DNA from: an uncultured Bacilli bacterium
Lineage (GTDB): Bacteria; Bacillota_I; Bacilli_A; RFN20; CAG-826
Assembly: GCA_944327845.1 (NCBI GenBank)
Contig: CALVHN010000002.1
Span: forward strand, 5,326-69,325
Length of the DNA: 64,000 nucleotides
Direction of reading: 5' to 3'
This document shows positions 61,121-64,000 of the stretch, in pieces. The position numbers and the translations under genes are program-made. Numbering within the stretch: position 1 is the first letter of the stretch; every line of letters starts with the position of its first letter. The notes under the pieces are model-generated. The model did no database searches, was not told the origin of the DNA, and saw only the letters and a program-made list of their open reading frames with translations.

Positions 61121-61158
61121 TTTATTTATTGTTATATATAAGATTTTAGGAGGAATTT

Positions 61159-61869
61159 ATGTCAACACATATTAACGATAACGCTAAATTTGCAAAAACT
61201 GTATTAATGCCAGGAGATCCATTAAGAGCTAAATATATAGCTGAAAACTTTTTAGTTGATTATAAGCTTGTTACTGATACTCGTGGAATCTTAGGCTACA
61301 CTGGGAAAACAAAAGATGGAAAAGAAATTTCTGTTATGGCTAGTGGAATGGGTATCCCTTCAATTGGAATATATTCTTATGAATTATATAAATTTTATGG
61401 AGTTGAAAATATTATTCGAATTGGTACTTGTGGAGGATATCAAAAAGAATGTCATGTTGGAGACGTAATTTTAGTTACTTCAGCTTGCTCTTCTTCAAAT
61501 TATGCTTATCAATTTGATCTTAAAGGTGGAGTTCTTGCTCCTTGTAGTGATTTTTCTTTGCTTTTAAAAGCGTATAATAATGCAAAAGATTTAAATTTGA
61601 ATGTTCATGTTGGTCCAATATTTTCTAGTGATGTTTTTTATGATGAAGATCCTAATTACTATAAAAAATTTGCTAATTTAGGTGTATTAGGCGTTGAGAT
61701 GGAAAGTTATGGTTTATTTATTAATGCTATGAGATTACATAAAAAAGCTTTATGTATCCTTACTGTTTCAGATACATTTGTTAATAAAGATGAAAAGGAT
61801 TTAACTAAAGAAGAAAGGCAAGAAAAACTTAATGATATGTTTAAACTTGCTTTAACAATGGGAGATTAA
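61159..61869 (+). CDS. deoD: purine nucleoside phosphorylase DeoD-type
   Basis: MSTHINDNAKFAKTVLMPGDPLRAKYIAENFL plus GIPSIGIYSYEL and VEMES blocks. AGGAGG RBS. Confidence 0.9.
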   Translation: MSTHINDNAKFAKTVLMPGDPLRAKYIAENFLVDYKLVTDTRGILGYTGKTKDGKEISVMASGMGIPSIGIYSYELYKFYGVENIIRIGTCGGYQKECHVGDVILVTSACSSSNYAYQFDLKGGVLAPCSDFSLLLKAYNNAKDLNLNVHVGPIFSSDVFYDEDPNYYKKFANLGVLGVEMESYGLFINAMRLHKKALCILTVSDTFVNKDEKDLTKEERQEKLNDMFKLALTMGD

Positions 61870-61888
61870 TAATATATAATAAATTAAT

Positions 61889-62560
61889 ATGGTTAATTCC
61901 TTAGATTTTTTTATTGACTTTAAAAGTATCGAAATGATTGCAATCTATTGTTTAATAGGTGTTATTCTTTTCTTATTAATTTTATTTTTAATTTTTTACC
62001 CATCAGTTAAAGCTAAACATGATTTTAAAAATTTTCAAAATAAATATTATAAAAAGATAAGAAAGATTGCTGATATTAAAGATTATTATTTAATTAATAA
62101 CTTAACATTAAAAAATAATAATCAAGTTTTATGTCGAATTGATCATATTTTATTTGGAGAAAAATATATTTATGTTATTAAAGACCGTTATTATCGCGGA
62201 GCGATAAGCGGAGAAAAAAATGATAATACTTGGTTTTTCTATTCATTAAAAGGTACTGTTGAAGAGATGACTTCTCCAATGATGTTAAATCAAAAACGTG
62301 TTGAACAACTTTCAGCTATTACTCAAATTGATTCATCATTTTTTATCTCAGTAGTTATTATTAATGATAATTGTGAAGTTAAAAATCCTAAAGATTTAAA
62401 TAGTGATAGCTCATTTATTATTTCAATCTCTCAGCTTCCAAAATTAATTAAATTAATTGAAAGTCGAGATGTTAAGAAAATGGATGAAAAGCAACTTCAA
62501 TATGCAGTAGAGGATATTTCTAGGTTGTATGGAAAAGGAAGAAAAAAAGACGGAAAATAA
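61889..62560 (+). CDS. NERD-domain (nuclease-related) membrane-anchored protein
   Basis: N-terminal TM helix. HILFGEKYIYVIKDRYYRG NERD-like core. Confidence 0.55.
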   Translation: MVNSLDFFIDFKSIEMIAIYCLIGVILFLLILFLIFYPSVKAKHDFKNFQNKYYKKIRKIADIKDYYLINNLTLKNNNQVLCRIDHILFGEKYIYVIKDRYYRGAISGEKNDNTWFFYSLKGTVEEMTSPMMLNQKRVEQLSAITQIDSSFFISVVIINDNCEVKNPKDLNSDSSFIISISQLPKLIKLIESRDVKKMDEKQLQYAVEDISRLYGKGRKKDGK

Positions 62561-63752
62561 ATATATACTTAAAGAATCACTTAAAACTTTTAAAAATAAT
62601 TTTGCCTACACTTTACAATGTGGGGCTTTTATTTCATTAGTTATTTTAATTTTGTATTTGATTTCATCTTTAATTTTAAATTCAAATAACTTTTTTAATT
62701 CCACATTTGGAATTATTTTATTTTTAGTAACGATATTTTTAATTGTTATTATTTTATCTCCATTTATTTATTCTTACTTCATGTGTAATTTCATGTTAAG
62801 TAGTCCACTTAAAGATAGTGTTAGATTTAGATCATTTTTAAAAACTTCAGCATTAGGTTTAAATCGTCCTCAAAGAGGAACATTAAGTGTTTTTTATAAT
62901 TTAACAAGATCATTAATTGTATATATTTTAGTAATGTCTGTTCTTGAATTGATTGTCTTTTTAGTTTTGAGTCAAACAAATCCAACAGTTTTTGAGTTGA
63001 TACAAGATTATGTTAGTGGTAGGGGAATAAGTAATGAAGAATTAAATATTATTAATGAAGCTTTGCTTGAGCCATTAATGATCTGTAATTATTTTGTATT
63101 ATTAATTTCAATTGGAATGTATTTACATTTTATGTTAATTTATGTTTTTAAATATCATTTAAATACTCTTTTCTTTTATGGAAATAGAAAGATTATGAAT
63201 AATATTTTTAAATTAACGATAAAAAAGAATAAAAAAGATTTTTATTCAGGTTATTTCATGCATAGTTGGCCAATCTATGTGATATTTGTTATAGCTTTTA
63301 CTTTATCTTATTTTCTTTTCTTTTATCTTACTAATGTTGATAACTTAGTTTTAATTTCTTTAACTGCTTTATGTATTTCTTTATTTTTAATTATTCCTTT
63401 CTTTCCTTTAGTTTTTAACTATTACGGATTAAAAATTGATGATTATCAATTTAAATTTGGTGCAGAATATGTAACTTTAGGAAGAAGTTTCTTAAATGAA
63501 ATTAAAGAATCTAAAAATAATGATCCACTTTTAAAAGAATATTGTGAAAAGATGGATGAGGAATTTAGTTTTTGGGAAGATGGAATTAAAAATAAAGGAT
63601 TTGAGAAAGATAAAGAACAAGAACACTTAGATATATTTTTTGGACATCTTAATATGGAAGAAAAAATGAAAGAATCATCTAAGAAAAAAGATAATGACGA
63701 AAATAAAAATGATGATGATTCTAATAATAACGATGATTTAAACAAAAAATAA
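62529..63752 (+). CDS. hypothetical polytopic membrane protein with acidic C-terminal tail
   Basis: 407 aa with at least 6 hydrophobic helices and a D/N/K-rich C-terminus. No identifiable motif. Confidence 0.45.
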   Translation: MEKEEKKTENKYILKESLKTFKNNFAYTLQCGAFISLVILILYLISSLILNSNNFFNSTFGIILFLVTIFLIVIILSPFIYSYFMCNFMLSSPLKDSVRFRSFLKTSALGLNRPQRGTLSVFYNLTRSLIVYILVMSVLELIVFLVLSQTNPTVFELIQDYVSGRGISNEELNIINEALLEPLMICNYFVLLISIGMYLHFMLIYVFKYHLNTLFFYGNRKIMNNIFKLTIKKNKKDFYSGYFMHSWPIYVIFVIAFTLSYFLFFYLTNVDNLVLISLTALCISLFLIIPFFPLVFNYYGLKIDDYQFKFGAEYVTLGRSFLNEIKESKNNDPLLKEYCEKMDEEFSFWEDGIKNKGFEKDKEQEHLDIFFGHLNMEEKMKESSKKKDNDENKNDDDSNNNDDLNKK

Positions 63753-63866
63753 CTAAAAAAACATATGTTTTTTAAAAAAATAAATGTTATATAAATAAAA
63801 AAAGCTAGTCATTTAAACTAGCATTGATACTTTAAATTAAAGTAATAATTCAATATAATAATCAAC

Positions 63867-63940
63867 TGGAGCAGGCGACGGGAATCGAACCCGCATAACC
63901 ACCTTGGCAAGGTGGTGTTCTACCACTGAACTACGCCTGC
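63867..63940 (-). tRNA. tRNA-Gly (anticodon GCC), CCA encoded
   Basis: Reverse complement is GCAGGCGTAGTTCAGTGGTAGAACACCACCTTGCCAAGGTGGTTATGCGGGTTCGATTCCCGTCGCCTGCTCCA. Cloverleaf with 7-bp acceptor stem, anticodon loop TTGCCAA and a TTCGATT T-loop. Confidence 0.9.
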
Positions 63941-64000
63941 AACGTTTAATTATTATATTATAGAAAGTATTACTTGTCAAAGGAGAAATTATGTTAAAAC

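Noticed and set aside
1-64000. Mycoplasma/Spiroplasma genetic code 4 (UGA=Trp), given the AT-rich Mollicutes-like gene content.
   Set aside because: Large conserved proteins (rpoB, rpoC, recA, gltX) contain no internal TGA. Trp is encoded by TGG. TGA terminates several genes (12987, 53097, 57993), so the standard code applies. The single in-frame TGA at 12985 is reported separately.
1-64000. CRISPR arrays, rRNA genes, prophage or IS transposases.
   Set aside because: No regularly spaced direct repeats, no rRNA-like conserved blocks, and no integrase, transposase or phage structural genes were seen in any frame.

Overview
The window is an AT-rich chromosome segment from a Mollicutes-like or low-GC Firmicutes organism that uses the standard genetic code: TGG encodes Trp and TGA terminates several genes. 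From 1 to about 32.8 kb it is a Bacillus-like housekeeping backbone: rpoB-rpoC, yhaO/yhaN-like repair genes, gpsB, RNase P RNA, pgsA, cinA C-terminal domain, recA, rny, miaB, miaA, tcdA, fhs, two MacB-type fused ABC transporters, a cold-shock protein, ychF, ispF, gltX, rpoE and fba. From about 33.6 to 58.0 kb there is a roughly 25 kb accessory island devoted to surface or secreted proteins that carry the SipW-cognate signal peptide (consensus GF[AS][ST][WF]). It holds two TasA-sized proteins followed by an ER-type SipW signal peptidase with the Sec11 motifs. It also holds a membrane-anchored McrB-like AAA+ protein with a Zn-ribbon partner, translationally coupled to an ABC exporter and a beta-helix protein, and a repeat-rich lipoprotein. 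Two divergent operons of giant SipW-cognate proteins follow; two of these proteins end in Hedgehog/intein-type Hint domains with a shared C-terminal extension. Between the divergent operons sits a Hin-like serine invertase gene inside an approximately 836 bp segment bounded by inverted 20 bp palindromic sites, each directly abutting the start codon of one operon. This looks like a promoter-inversion or phase-variation switch. After the island come a Y-family polymerase, cdaA, deoD, a NERD protein and tRNA-Gly(GCC). Other observations are an in-frame TGA splitting a membrane-protein ORF, a partial duplication of the polymerase 3' end at the island border, and a motif shared upstream of recA and an ABC transporter.
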